A DNA stretch of 64,000 bases from an uncultured Gammaproteobacteria bacterium (GCA_964536205.1 CAZHVT010000002.1:1982-65981), one strand, 5' to 3'. Counted from the first letter of the stretch, positions 9,901 to 19,721 are shown. The notes: generated by a model not told the origin, from the sequence alone. A program made the numbers and translations.

Positions 9901-9932
9901 AAATCTTCACTAAATTAGGTGAAGATTTTTTG
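9901..9932 (+). terminator. intrinsic terminator (AAATCTTCAC ... GTGAAGATTT + T4)
   Basis: Perfect 10-bp inverted repeat immediately after tRNA-Trp. Confidence 0.5.
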
Positions 9933-9974
9933 ATAGGGCGGTTGGAAATACAAAACAGGAAAAAGTGTGTGCTA

Positions 9975-10003
9975 TTGACAAACACGATAAATTATGATAG
10001 ATT
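9975..10003 (+). promoter_or_regulatory. sigma70-like promoter TTGACA-N17-TAGATT
   Basis: Same architecture as the promoters of the other GC-rich genes. RBS AAAAAGGAG lies before the ATG at 10072. Confidence 0.45.
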
Positions 10004-10071
10004 TTGATCGTTCTTTAACTCGGCATCAGCTTGTAATAGCCTAAGCCACAAAATAAAAAGGAGTCAGAGTA

Positions 10072-10893
10072 ATGGGTACTCGAAATCCTCAGTTCGATTC
10101 ATACGACACGATTCACGCTACCATGACAGTGTTGCGGAAAGCAGGTTTGTTCACTGATGGTCTGGATGCGATCCTTCGTAAAAAAGGTAATGCCAAGCGA
10201 GGAGTCGACGCTCTCATGCGCGAGTTCAAGCTCGATGGAGTCAACGAGTTCACACTCGATCTCGAAACGCAACTCGAGCGATTCGCAGAAGCACTCCCAA
10301 AGCTTCGACAGATCGGCTTCACCTTCATGGACAAGTCAGATGAAGAGGTGCTGCGAGAGCTCCGTGAAACAGCACCTGCCTGGCCCGAAGGTAAACGATG
10401 CTTTCGCTTCGTCCAAATCCGCGAGGGTGAGGGTGGCGAAGGTGTGCAAAAGACCTTCGATCTCCATAAGCAAATGATGTCACAAACATTCACACCCAAG
10501 TGGCGGCGCGGGGATCATATCAAAACAGATAAGGATCATCTGCGCCTACTCGCTGGCAACGAAACACACAAGACCTGCTTCGGCTGGGTCTGTGCGGACA
10601 TGGACTCCAACAGGCAGCGCAATTCCATCATTGCAGTGCGTGGAGATAGCTCTCTCGCCGACGAGATTTTGGCCTTCAACTGGCAGTTCCCCGCGTACTG
10701 CAAAGCGATCGATTATAAGGAGAATCCTGGCCTGTTCGCTGCGGGTTACGAGCTTTCAGTCGATGGCTGCGAGGACTGGAGCCATATGCCGCTCATGGGC
10801 CGCGATCTGGACACCGACGAGGTCGACCTGCTCGCCCACCACCGTAGCATCGACAACTCTGTCTACTCTGTGCCGTCTCGTCTCAGGGAGTAA
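10072..10893 (+). CDS. hypothetical protein (GC-rich, no recognisable motif)
   Basis: 273-aa ORF with strong RBS, promoter and terminator. Composition near 50 percent GC against about 35 percent for the backbone. Confidence 0.5.
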   Translation: MGTRNPQFDSYDTIHATMTVLRKAGLFTDGLDAILRKKGNAKRGVDALMREFKLDGVNEFTLDLETQLERFAEALPKLRQIGFTFMDKSDEEVLRELRETAPAWPEGKRCFRFVQIREGEGGEGVQKTFDLHKQMMSQTFTPKWRRGDHIKTDKDHLRLLAGNETHKTCFGWVCADMDSNRQRNSIIAVRGDSSLADEILAFNWQFPAYCKAIDYKENPGLFAAGYELSVDGCEDWSHMPLMGRDLDTDEVDLLAHHRSIDNSVYSVPSRLRE

Positions 10894-10950
10894 GGTACTC
10901 GGCATTCGGAATCTTGATCCTCGGGTAACTCAGCCCTTGGCCTTTGGTAT

Positions 10951-10981
10951 GTCCGCGACGATAGTCGCGGACATTTTTTTA
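10951..10981 (+). terminator. intrinsic terminator (GTCCGCGAC-GATA-GTCGCGGAC + T7)
   Basis: Perfect 9-bp stem followed by a T-run. Confidence 0.6.
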
Positions 10982-11125
10982 TACCTGAAGAAAATATTGA
11001 TTATGAGTAAAAAAAGTTCGAACATCATCCACCAGCCCCTGTTGATAACATCAGCCTCATGGCTGGTGTTTTCTTTTTGTGTTATTCTTGATTTATATAG
11101 TTTTGCTTAAACTACGTCTCATACT

Positions 11126-11590
11126 ATGAAAGTATTTATCGAGAATGAAGCAGGATCAAATCAGAAAAATCTTTATAATGAGAAGACGTTGGAATATAAA
11201 AAAGCAGTAACTGTTTCAAGAAAGTATCCGTTCCCTTATGGATTTATTTTAGACACCACGAGTGGTGATGGTGATAATGTGGATGTGTTTGTGCTTACCA
11301 ACAAACCACTTAAACAAGGGGATATCATCGAGTGTGAAATCGTTGGATTAATGGAGCAAATAGAAAAAAATTTGGATGAATCGAAGTCTAGTGTTGAGGA
11401 GATTGACCACAATGTTCTTGCGGTAATAAAGGGGGAGGAGAAGCACGTAGTCTCCCAGGAAGCAAAAGAGAGCCTGACAGAGTTTGTGCTTCATGTCTTT
11501 GATCATATTCGCCACAACAAAAACAGAGTGGGGGAGTTTCTTGATGTAAAGGCTGCAAAAGAATATATAGAAAGCTGCAAAGACGCCTGA
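11126..11590 (+). CDS. ppa: inorganic pyrophosphatase (family I, short form)
   Basis: YPFPYGFILDTTSGDGDNVDVFVL matches the PPase active-site signature D-[SGN]-D-x-x-D-V. Confidence 0.65.
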   Translation: MKVFIENEAGSNQKNLYNEKTLEYKKAVTVSRKYPFPYGFILDTTSGDGDNVDVFVLTNKPLKQGDIIECEIVGLMEQIEKNLDESKSSVEEIDHNVLAVIKGEEKHVVSQEAKESLTEFVLHVFDHIRHNKNRVGEFLDVKAAKEYIESCKDA

Positions 11591-11650
11591 TCTAGTGACA
11601 TAGTTGATTCTGATTTTTTAAAAGTTAGAATTTCAGACACTCATCCATAC

Positions 11651-11685
11651 CAAAAAACAACAATTCAGTGATTGTTGTTTTTTGT
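11651..11685 (+). terminator. intrinsic terminator (AACAACAAT-TCAGTG-ATTGTTGTT + T5)
   Basis: Perfect 9-bp stem followed by a T-run. Confidence 0.5.
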
Positions 11686-11742
11686 TTGTATTGTGTTAAG
11701 ATGATGTCGTCAGTTTACATTTACTATTTACACACGAAACAT

Positions 11743-11862
11743 ATGGCAAAACGACATGGAGCTATCGGGCAAAGACAAAAGTCAAAATCAAGAAAGACTA
11801 AAAAACGACTTGCAGTAAAGGCAGAAATGCTCGCAAAAAAAGCTGGTAAAAAAGGTAAGTAA
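11743..11862 (+). CDS. small, very basic protein (39 aa, MAKRHGAIGQRQKSKSRKTKKRLAVKAEMLAKKAGKKGK), possibly ribosomal-like
   Basis: Internal ATG of the 64-aa track ORF, since the upstream part is hydrophobic junk. The identity is a guess. Confidence 0.25.
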   Translation: MAKRHGAIGQRQKSKSRKTKKRLAVKAEMLAKKAGKKGK

Positions 11863-11969
11863 AGTAAGGCACTGTTTTTCTGGAAAAGTTAGAACTTCAT
11901 CAACTAGTCCCTTAAAAAAATACTGATCCATATCGGTATTTTTTAGTATGAAAATCAAATAAAATAGTA

Positions 11970-11998
11970 TTGACATGATGCATTTCTCGTGCTAGCAT
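11970..11998 (+). promoter_or_regulatory. sigma70-like promoter TTGACA-N17-TAGCAT, followed by a 9-bp perfect inverted repeat (12007-12025) that contains the mini-ORF MKIIFI
   Basis: Read directly. GAGGAG-N5-ATGAAGATCATCTTCATCTAG lies between the promoter and the RBS of the AAA+ gene. Confidence 0.5.
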
Positions 11999-12059
11999 GA
12001 GGAGTTGATGAAGATCATCTTCATCTAGCTAGTTCATTACAAAAGTACAAGGAGAATCA

Positions 12060-13538
12060 ATGCGTAAAACAATGGAATATGTCGATATTGTCGGCAAGCG
12101 ACATGAAGTAAGGTGGAGCGAGTTATTGGAGGCAATTGAGCGCGTTCGTGCTTTGTTCTCTTCCGTGAAAAGGCGTTTTGTTGAAAGAGAGTCGGTCATT
12201 GATCAAATCAAACATGCCATGCTGTTGCGTGAGCATATTTTGATCAACGGACCATCTGGCGCAGCGAAGTCAATGTTGATTCGAGCGATTACCAAGGCGA
12301 TTACCAATGCTCGATTGTGGTCAATGGACTTGACTCGTTTTACGACAAACAGTCAGGTGTTTGGTGGATACGATGCTCGTCAGCTTCGTGAAACGGGACA
12401 CTCTATTCATTTGACCGAGTTTTCAGCCGCCGATGCACACTTCATTCAATTGGGTGAATTTTTCGATGCGCCTCCGCCAACACTACGAACGCTTCTCGGG
12501 TTGCTCAACGAGCGACGCATTAGAAATGGTCCGCAGTTGATCGAGCCGCCGCTGTTGACGGCGATTGGCGATACAAACTTCTCAATGGAAATGCTGACCG
12601 AAAAAAGTCAGCAGCAGCTGGCCGCAGTAGTGGATCGCTTCCTGTTCAGGGAAGAGGTTGATTATGTGGTCGAGCCAGCAAATCGACGTCAGATGCTCGC
12701 GATGAGTTTGGATCCCCGGGTCCAAGACAAACTTCCACAAGTATCACTCGATGATATTGTGATGATTTCTGGAGTCGTGAAAGGAATGAATCTGATGCTC
12801 GATCCGTACATCATCGATGCATATGAGGAGATGACTCGTCGGTACAGCGCATTGCGTCAAGAGAAAGGCGGCTTGAGAGTTTCAGATCGGCGCTATGTAC
12901 GCGGTGCACAGATCATGGAAGTTTCCGCGTTATTGCATGGTCGACAGGCGGTTACATTTGAGGATTTGGCGATTACGCGCTATGTGCTCGCTCACAATGA
13001 AAATGATGTTGATATGCTCATCGAGATCAAGAAGGGTGTTATTGGCACATGGGTAAAACGCGCATCTCGTCGTGAAATTGAATCTGAACTACATCGTCTC
13101 GCACAGGTCATAAAAGATCTACCAAAGAGTGATAACGTTGATATTGAATCCATGAAGCTGGATGAACTGAAGGCATTTGCATCTCAATTAGAAAAGATGC
13201 AAAGCTCGCTTCAAGAATTCAAAACAGATTCGCTTGAGGTGGGGCAAAAAGTTGCCGAGTGGACACGGGCGATTCTAGCTTTGCAACATCAAGCCGTGCA
13301 TCACGGAATTTCACTCATCGAACAGATGATTCCAGAGACGACAACGAACATGAGTGCTGAAACTGTGGGACCGGTTGGAAAGCAGGTGAATATAGCGCTG
13401 AATGAGTTGCGTAGTGTTCCAACACTAAGTGATGACTTAATTGTTCGTCAGTCTGAAGTGATGGTAAAGGCGTTGCAAGCTCGACATAATGTAGATTCTT
13501 CGATGGAGAATCTCGGTGTTGTGAGTAAGGAGGGCTAG
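12060..13538 (+). CDS. MoxR-like AAA+ ATPase with C-terminal coiled-coil extension
   Basis: Walker A ILINGPSGAAKS, MoxR-type LLTAIGDTN (the ATQNP-equivalent) and sensor region RVSDRRYVRGAQIMEVSALLHGRQAVTFEDL. The translated sequence is GC-richer than the backbone. Confidence 0.65.
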   Translation: MRKTMEYVDIVGKRHEVRWSELLEAIERVRALFSSVKRRFVERESVIDQIKHAMLLREHILINGPSGAAKSMLIRAITKAITNARLWSMDLTRFTTNSQVFGGYDARQLRETGHSIHLTEFSAADAHFIQLGEFFDAPPPTLRTLLGLLNERRIRNGPQLIEPPLLTAIGDTNFSMEMLTEKSQQQLAAVVDRFLFREEVDYVVEPANRRQMLAMSLDPRVQDKLPQVSLDDIVMISGVVKGMNLMLDPYIIDAYEEMTRRYSALRQEKGGLRVSDRRYVRGAQIMEVSALLHGRQAVTFEDLAITRYVLAHNENDVDMLIEIKKGVIGTWVKRASRREIESELHRLAQVIKDLPKSDNVDIESMKLDELKAFASQLEKMQSSLQEFKTDSLEVGQKVAEWTRAILALQHQAVHHGISLIEQMIPETTTNMSAETVGPVGKQVNIALNELRSVPTLSDDLIVRQSEVMVKALQARHNVDSSMENLGVVSKEG

Positions 13539-14570
13539 ATGGATCCTATTACGTTTTGGTTGTTAATGTCTGGCTTAGGAGGAGCTGGAGCTGCAGGAGC
13601 GGCTCTGTTGTATCGGTTGATGAAAGGTCCGAGACTACCTGAATTACCTCCAATGCCAGAACCAAAACCACCGGAAATTCCTGTAAGACAGGATGGTATT
13701 ATCGATGCAGAGGAGCTAGAAGAAGAGGAGGATGACTCTTTATTGAGCGACAAGGATGTCGTGAAGCAGATTGTTGGTGGCATAGGTTTTTCCGCGCAGT
13801 ACGTGCAGGTTGGCGAGCGAGTTGTCGGACAACGTTTTCTCGGTTATCGAGAAGAAGAATCTATATATCCTGATGACGACATGACAGTTCGACCAATACG
13901 AGATGTAGCTGAGATGGCTTCATTATTGGGCAGCGAGAATGCGCAAGATGATGATATATTGTACGCACGCATTGCACGTGGGGAAGCACTCGTTACAGCT
14001 TACACAACACAAGAAGAAGTGTTTGAAGATGTACACGAGCCAGTTATGGAAGCTCGGCGCAGAACACTGTATATTCTCCTTGATCTTTCGCCATCCATGT
14101 TTCCAAAACACTCTCGTTGGAGATGGAAGATTTGGGGACCGCTTGTGCTGATGCTTCTACAAAAAGCATTTCAAAATCAAGTTGTGTTTTTGATGAGGTA
14201 TTTTGGCGGAACGGTTTCAAAGTTGATGCGCGCCGTATCACAAGAAGAAGTTGCGAAACTTGAGCGATCTATCAGAAGTGCACAATGGATCTCCTCAACA
14301 GATATAACTGCTGCGGTATACACGGCACTACGGGATTTTGATGATGAAGAATACGACAATGCACAAGTTGTATTGATCACAGACGGGGAGCACAATCAGG
14401 GGACATTCAATCCATCGAAAGTGCGTAAGGCTTTTGATGATCGTAATGTCACATTACATGCGATCTTGCTCGGCGTTAAGAATGACGGATTGAGACAAGC
14501 TGCGCACAGTTACGTGCAAGTTGATCATCATGATCGCAGGGGATTATTTACCATAATCAATCAAGTATAA
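13539..14570 (+). CDS. membrane-anchored von Willebrand factor A domain protein, partner of the MoxR-like ATPase
   Basis: N-terminal TM helix plus Pro-rich linker. MIDAS motif LYILLDLSPSMF with downstream vWA-like beta-alpha pattern (VVLITDGEHNQG). Start abuts the stop of 12060-13538. Confidence 0.65.
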   Translation: MDPITFWLLMSGLGGAGAAGAALLYRLMKGPRLPELPPMPEPKPPEIPVRQDGIIDAEELEEEEDDSLLSDKDVVKQIVGGIGFSAQYVQVGERVVGQRFLGYREEESIYPDDDMTVRPIRDVAEMASLLGSENAQDDDILYARIARGEALVTAYTTQEEVFEDVHEPVMEARRRTLYILLDLSPSMFPKHSRWRWKIWGPLVLMLLQKAFQNQVVFLMRYFGGTVSKLMRAVSQEEVAKLERSIRSAQWISSTDITAAVYTALRDFDDEEYDNAQVVLITDGEHNQGTFNPSKVRKAFDDRNVTLHAILLGVKNDGLRQAAHSYVQVDHHDRRGLFTIINQV

Positions 14571-14579
14571 TATGGGGTA

Positions 14580-15074
14580 GTGGAAACTGCCTCTTTTTTA
14601 TTCGAAAAATATTCAAAAAAAATTCATACTAATTTTGGAATGGACACAATTATGATAGAGTGTAGTCATATGAAAAACATACACAACGCAATTCGAATTA
14701 TCACCGGTCTATTTTTTGTAGCGATTTTCTTTTCCAAATTTGGATTTTTGCCATCGGCTGCGCATTCTCCAGAAATGTTTTCCGCAACAGGATGGGTTTT
14801 TATTTCTGCGATAAATGAAATTGGATATTTATTTCCAGTGATCGGACTCATATCGCTGGCTTCCGGTGTCGCATTTCTTGCTAATCGTTATGTTGCACTG
14901 GCTGCGTTATTGATGTTGCCACTCACCGTAAACTTCGCACTGTTTCATATTTTCGTCGGGCTTCCGATGGAAACACATTTCCTCCGCGAGTCAGCTGGAT
15001 TTATCCCTCTCGCTTTGAATGTCTACATGATCTACAGCCAACGCAAAAAATATAAAGAACTACTCAAACCATAA
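14580..15074 (+). CDS. hypothetical polytopic membrane protein
   Basis: Four predicted TM segments. No motif recognised. Confidence 0.4.
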   Translation: METASFLFEKYSKKIHTNFGMDTIMIECSHMKNIHNAIRIITGLFFVAIFFSKFGFLPSAAHSPEMFSATGWVFISAINEIGYLFPVIGLISLASGVAFLANRYVALAALLMLPLTVNFALFHIFVGLPMETHFLRESAGFIPLALNVYMIYSQRKKYKELLKP

Positions 15075-15106
15075 AATAAAAAAACCCGAGCATGCTCGGG
15101 TGAGGG

Positions 15107-15976
15107 CTAGGAAAGTTTGACCTCTTTCCATTTGTCGCTGTCAGAATCACGCTTGTACAATCGAATGTACGAGCTTGTTTTTTCACTGCGCAGGCTGCGA
15201 CTCAAAAGGTGTTGCGCCTGCTTGAGTTCGGGGAAAACATCGGCATCAATGCTGATCGAAAGGAATCGATACAGATCCGGGCCGACTTTGAACGAAACAC
15301 GCTCGACGAGAATGTTTTCAAGAATCTCGATCAGAGCACGAGCTCTATCGTCTTCTTCATCCTGTCGCGTTTTGGCAAATCGATCAAAGAACTTGTTGAT
15401 TTGCTCTCTGGCTTCGTGAGCCAAAGTTGTATCGATGCGCGAGATATGGTTCACCAGCGCGACAACGCGACGCAAACCATCTGTACTCGTGAGTGAAATC
15501 TGTGATCGAAGTGATCCATCTTCATTGGTCAGCATGTCATAGACATTCGCTGTCAGAAACTCGTTTCGTGCGCGGAATGCTTCTACAACTTGATCATTGA
15601 GAGCAAACACTTGCGTCACGATATCATCCGTTCGACGATCAACATTCTCAAGTCGCGCAATGAGTACAGCGAGTTCAGTTCGCTGCTTCTGCAATTCAGC
15701 TTCTGATGCAGTGATATCTGCCCGGGCTGCATCACGTTCTTTCGTAAGTTCAACTGTCTCAGTTGACCAAGAATTAATAATATCTTTCAACCGTTGTGCA
15801 CGTTGCGTCGCGGTATTTTTCAGTCCAGCGAGTGATGCAGCAGCACCCAAGAACCGCTGGTATTTCTTAGTCCATTTCGCACGAGACTTTGCCTCTTTGT
15901 TGCGTAATCTCTCAAGAGATTTTTCAGTTGCGGCAATCGCGCGCTCCAACTGCTTTCGCATTTTTGCTGGCGTCAT
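15107..15976 (-). CDS. hypothetical coiled-coil protein
   Basis: 289-aa ORF, highly charged with heptad-like E/K/R/L pattern. No enzymatic motif. Confidence 0.45.
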   Translation of the reverse strand: MTPAKMRKQLERAIAATEKSLERLRNKEAKSRAKWTKKYQRFLGAAASLAGLKNTATQRAQRLKDIINSWSTETVELTKERDAARADITASEAELQKQRTELAVLIARLENVDRRTDDIVTQVFALNDQVVEAFRARNEFLTANVYDMLTNEDGSLRSQISLTSTDGLRRVVALVNHISRIDTTLAHEAREQINKFFDRFAKTRQDEEDDRARALIEILENILVERVSFKVGPDLYRFLSISIDADVFPELKQAQHLLSRSLRSEKTSSYIRLYKRDSDSDKWKEVKLS

Positions 15977-16123
15977 TTTTTCTCCTTTGATTTGAAATGA
16001 GCAGGCAGATAATAGCAGGGATATACAGTGATGTCAATAGAACAGTGGATTCTATAGAGAATATATTTTTTTGAAAAAATAAGGTATAATATAGTTGTGC
16101 AAATTAAAGAGCTAAAATAAAGT

Positions 16124-16315
16124 ATGCCTCAAAAAGCAACAAAGCAGCAATTACAAACATGGATGAAAAATCCAAAACAGCGATATAAATTGTTGCGTTA
16201 TTTGCGTGCACGATTAGAATCAGTCACTAAAAAAAATAAGGACAGAATAAGATCAGGTGACAGTGATGAGAAAGTTTCAAAATTAAAGCGCATCGTAAAA
16301 TCACGAAAAAAATAA
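16124..16315 (+). CDS. small basic protein (63 aa)
   Basis: Lys/Arg-rich ORF ending 2 nt before the next gene. Coding status uncertain. Confidence 0.3.
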   Translation: MPQKATKQQLQTWMKNPKQRYKLLRYLRARLESVTKKNKDRIRSGDSDEKVSKLKRIVKSRKK

Positions 16316-16316
16316 T

Positions 16317-18812
16317 ATGGCAATAGCAAATCGAATCCCAATGCCATCTCATGAGGGGAGAAAAGAAGATGGTGAGCACAGATCGCGTGAGGCACAAGGA
16401 GCGCCAGTTGAAAGATTTCGACAAATCGTAAAATTATCTCCGAAGGTGTATGAGGAGTTAGTTGTGATTGAAAACGAAGTTGAATTGCCAAGCGAAATAA
16501 ATGAAGAGGATTGGGAGGGCGTGGATTTTTATGAATACATGGAGACAGTTCGAGTTGAAGAAGAGATGACGGAAATTGAACACAAAATTTTTACAACATA
16601 TGCATTAGAAGAAGTTGAGAGAATTACAGAATTATTGGCTGATGATTATGAAGAGGAGTTGATTGATGAATTAGAAGCAAGATATGGAGTTCCAAAAGAG
16701 GAAATCATGCATATACTTCTGGAGGAAAAAGGATTGTTGGGAGATAATGATGCGACATACATTGTTGTTGAAGCTGTAAAAGCTCGATTGCAAAATCGGG
16801 TAGAAGAGCGTCAAGGAAGAGAGAAAATGCCTACTGCTCAGGAGAGAGCTGAATTAGATGAATTGCGTGAAATTAATAAACAGATGAAGGAGGAGCAAAA
16901 AGAGAGGGAGCAAGATCACCGACGAGAACAAACACTCAGTATGATCGATGATCTATTTGAAAGTTTGCCAGAAAGAATCAGAGAAGAAGATCAGGTGCAA
17001 TTCGAGTCGCTGGAAAAAGTTTATAGCGATACATTGCAAGAAGGAATAAAAGATGACGAAGCACAGGAAAATCAAGACAGATTATTTACAGAAATTCTTG
17101 TCGAATTAAGGAGGATGGAAGAGTTGGCAGCACAAGAGAGGGGTGAGGAGGCAGAATATCAACCACCAATTTCCGATAGAGATCCTGGTTATGTTCGTCA
17201 GATCATAAATCGCATAGCTGATTCACGAGCAGGTAGATATCTTGCGGTTGGGATTGAGGGATTAAAATTGGTATATGGGGCAGCAGCAATAGGTCAAGAA
17301 GCGCATGGTATGGCATTTGGATCAGATGAGATAGTCGAAGTATCAACAAGAGGTGGTGATCTAACAGATAAAATAACTTCCGGATCTGGAAGAGCGGTTA
17401 CAGTTAAGGGCGCACCTGCAATTGCAGCACATGATGCCCAGCGTAGAGGCACAGAAACTTATGAGGATAGGGTTGAGATCACACCACAAGCTCCAAAGTC
17501 AGAAACAATATATGGTGAGCAAGAAGTAAGTCATGCAACATTGCATTTCGATACCATGCCAATGTCACCAGATTTTAAAGTTAAGGGCCATGAGAAATTT
17601 ATTGATGCAGGTCCGCTCATTGAATATATTCGCGGACAAATAGAAGGAAGAGAGGATTTAGAAGGACAGAAAATTGACATTCAATTAGAAGGACGCGCTT
17701 CAATTGATGCGCGAAGATGGGCGTATGAAAAAAATGAGAAGTTGGCAGGAAAGCGAGCTGAAATGGCAAAATTGCAAATTGAACAATTACTTGCAAAAGC
17801 ATTTCCGGGAGTTGAGATTAATATTACAATTGCTGATGGCGCGGCAACAGTTGAGTTGGATGGACAGAAATTGACTCATGAGCAAGCAAGGGAGCAAATG
17901 AAACTATTATTGGGCGTAACATCTGAAAAAGATTTACAAAAGAAATTGCGGCAGTTTAGAGCGGGGGATATGACAGGATTTGATGCCGCACAAATTGCAG
18001 CAATGGAGCAGGTTGTCACAAATGCACGTGGTGTGTTAATGGATATTACATTCACGGGGCAATCAGTAGTTGAATCTGAAAGAAGTGTGCCTCAGCCAGA
18101 CGAAGTGAAGGTTGTGAGAACAATGACAGATGGAGCGCAGCGAAGAGGAAGAAGAGATGGAGAGCCAACTCCAGACCTACCCCCAACACCACCAGAGCAA
18201 GGTCAGGCTCCAGCAGAAATTTTAACAGGTCATCGCATGGATCCCGTCATTAAAGAAGAATTTGATGATACAAAAGCTCCAGAAACAGAAATGACACAAG
18301 AACCTGTGCCTGGCGATAATCCAGATACATACATTAGAGAAAATCAGCAGGATATTCACGAGATAACAAATCAATTAGAACGGACAAGATATATACGTCG
18401 TGCGAGAAGAAAGATTGATGATGTTGTGGATCCACCACCCCCACCGCCACCTCCACCGCCTCCACCACCAGAACCAGAATACAGGAGAGCCCAAGGACAA
18501 CAATCCGTAGAACTCGGGCCAATGAAAACAGAACGAGTTAATTTACGCACACAGGGAGTGGATGAGAGGGATGAAATACAATTTTCCGGTTCTGTAAATC
18601 AGGATTCAGGAATGGGAACATCCAGCAGAAGAAGGGAAAAGCAGATTAGATACGACGAATTTGGAGATGTCATTCCTCCAGATAAAGAACAGCCAATAGC
18701 TCGTGTACAAAGAGAAAAGGGTAGGGATCGCCAAGCTTCAGAAAAACAAAAAGCACGAGAACTGCGCCGAGCACGCCGACAAAGACGACGAGAAGAGAGA
18801 GGAGAAAATTAG
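16317..18812 (+). CDS. large (831 aa) highly acidic, Glu-rich low-complexity protein with a poly-proline tract and an Arg-rich C-terminus
   Basis: Uninterrupted ORF. A run of 13 consecutive Pro codons at about 18426-18470. No catalytic motif recognised. Confidence 0.55.
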   Translation: MAIANRIPMPSHEGRKEDGEHRSREAQGAPVERFRQIVKLSPKVYEELVVIENEVELPSEINEEDWEGVDFYEYMETVRVEEEMTEIEHKIFTTYALEEVERITELLADDYEEELIDELEARYGVPKEEIMHILLEEKGLLGDNDATYIVVEAVKARLQNRVEERQGREKMPTAQERAELDELREINKQMKEEQKEREQDHRREQTLSMIDDLFESLPERIREEDQVQFESLEKVYSDTLQEGIKDDEAQENQDRLFTEILVELRRMEELAAQERGEEAEYQPPISDRDPGYVRQIINRIADSRAGRYLAVGIEGLKLVYGAAAIGQEAHGMAFGSDEIVEVSTRGGDLTDKITSGSGRAVTVKGAPAIAAHDAQRRGTETYEDRVEITPQAPKSETIYGEQEVSHATLHFDTMPMSPDFKVKGHEKFIDAGPLIEYIRGQIEGREDLEGQKIDIQLEGRASIDARRWAYEKNEKLAGKRAEMAKLQIEQLLAKAFPGVEINITIADGAATVELDGQKLTHEQAREQMKLLLGVTSEKDLQKKLRQFRAGDMTGFDAAQIAAMEQVVTNARGVLMDITFTGQSVVESERSVPQPDEVKVVRTMTDGAQRRGRRDGEPTPDLPPTPPEQGQAPAEILTGHRMDPVIKEEFDDTKAPETEMTQEPVPGDNPDTYIRENQQDIHEITNQLERTRYIRRARRKIDDVVDPPPPPPPPPPPPPEPEYRRAQGQQSVELGPMKTERVNLRTQGVDERDEIQFSGSVNQDSGMGTSSRRREKQIRYDEFGDVIPPDKEQPIARVQREKGRDRQASEKQKARELRRARRQRRREERGEN

Positions 18813-18890
18813 AAAAGAACAAGCACAATACTCCTGCAAGGGAGTATTTGAGATTGCGAATAGAAGACATGAAGAGGTATAATACAACCT

Positions 18891-19721
18891 ATGCCAAATC
18901 AAGAAAAAGTAACGAACATAAGCACATCCGTAAACAAACAGATGGGGAAATGGAAATATCCGTGGTGCGGCATGTGGATCATATTACCATTTATTTTGTG
19001 GTGGGAGGCTTCACAAACACACTGGGGGGAAGAATTTCCATTCATAACCATAGCAATCGGTGCGGTATTGGTTATATATATCGCACAGATTACAAAAAAA
19101 GTCCGCATACAGTTCTGGAAAGATTTCGCACACAAACATGGTTGGACATATTCGGACAAAGGTAATGCGTCTGGCGAAAAAGCACTGCTACTCTCACAAG
19201 CGAAAAGAACGACCATGCAGCATGTCATTGACGGAACATTTGAAGATCGGCCCATGAGAATTTTCGAAATGGCATTTACGATTGGATCAGGAGACGATGC
19301 AGTAACATACAACTACACGGTATTTGAATTCACTATGAAGGGTGCATTCCCTCACATCTATCTAGATAAAAAAAGCAATCAGTATAAAGCAAATACCGGA
19401 AGTGTGGGCGTGCGAATTCCATTACCATCCGAATTTGCAAAAAAATATAATTTGTATGCACCGGAGCAATATGAGATTGAGGCATTAGAAGTATTTAATG
19501 AAGATGTAATGCAGTACATTTTGAATGAAGAATTTCCACATGATGTTGAGATTGTAGATGCAGAAGTTTTAATTTTCCGAGATCATCACATCAACACAGC
19601 TGAAGAATTAGAAAAAGAATATGAAGGGGCTACAAAATTATTACAAAAAATTGAGAAGCGGTTGGATCGAAGTAAGCTGTATAAGATTGGCGACAAACCA
19701 CACGAAATGAAATACAAATAG
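18891..19721 (+). CDS. hypothetical membrane-anchored protein
   Basis: Two N-terminal hydrophobic segments (WIILPFILWW, ITIAIGAVLVIYIAQI) followed by a soluble domain. Confidence 0.45.
   Translation: MPNQEKVTNISTSVNKQMGKWKYPWCGMWIILPFILWWEASQTHWGEEFPFITIAIGAVLVIYIAQITKKVRIQFWKDFAHKHGWTYSDKGNASGEKALLLSQAKRTTMQHVIDGTFEDRPMRIFEMAFTIGSGDDAVTYNYTVFEFTMKGAFPHIYLDKKSNQYKANTGSVGVRIPLPSEFAKKYNLYAPEQYEIEALEVFNEDVMQYILNEEFPHDVEIVDAEVLIFRDHHINTAEELEKEYEGATKLLQKIEKRLDRSKLYKIGDKPHEMKYK

Noticed and set aside
10592-11110. 172-aa alternative-frame ORF inside and after the 10072 gene
   Set aside because: Frame-shifted overlap with a better-supported ORF, and it runs through the terminator.
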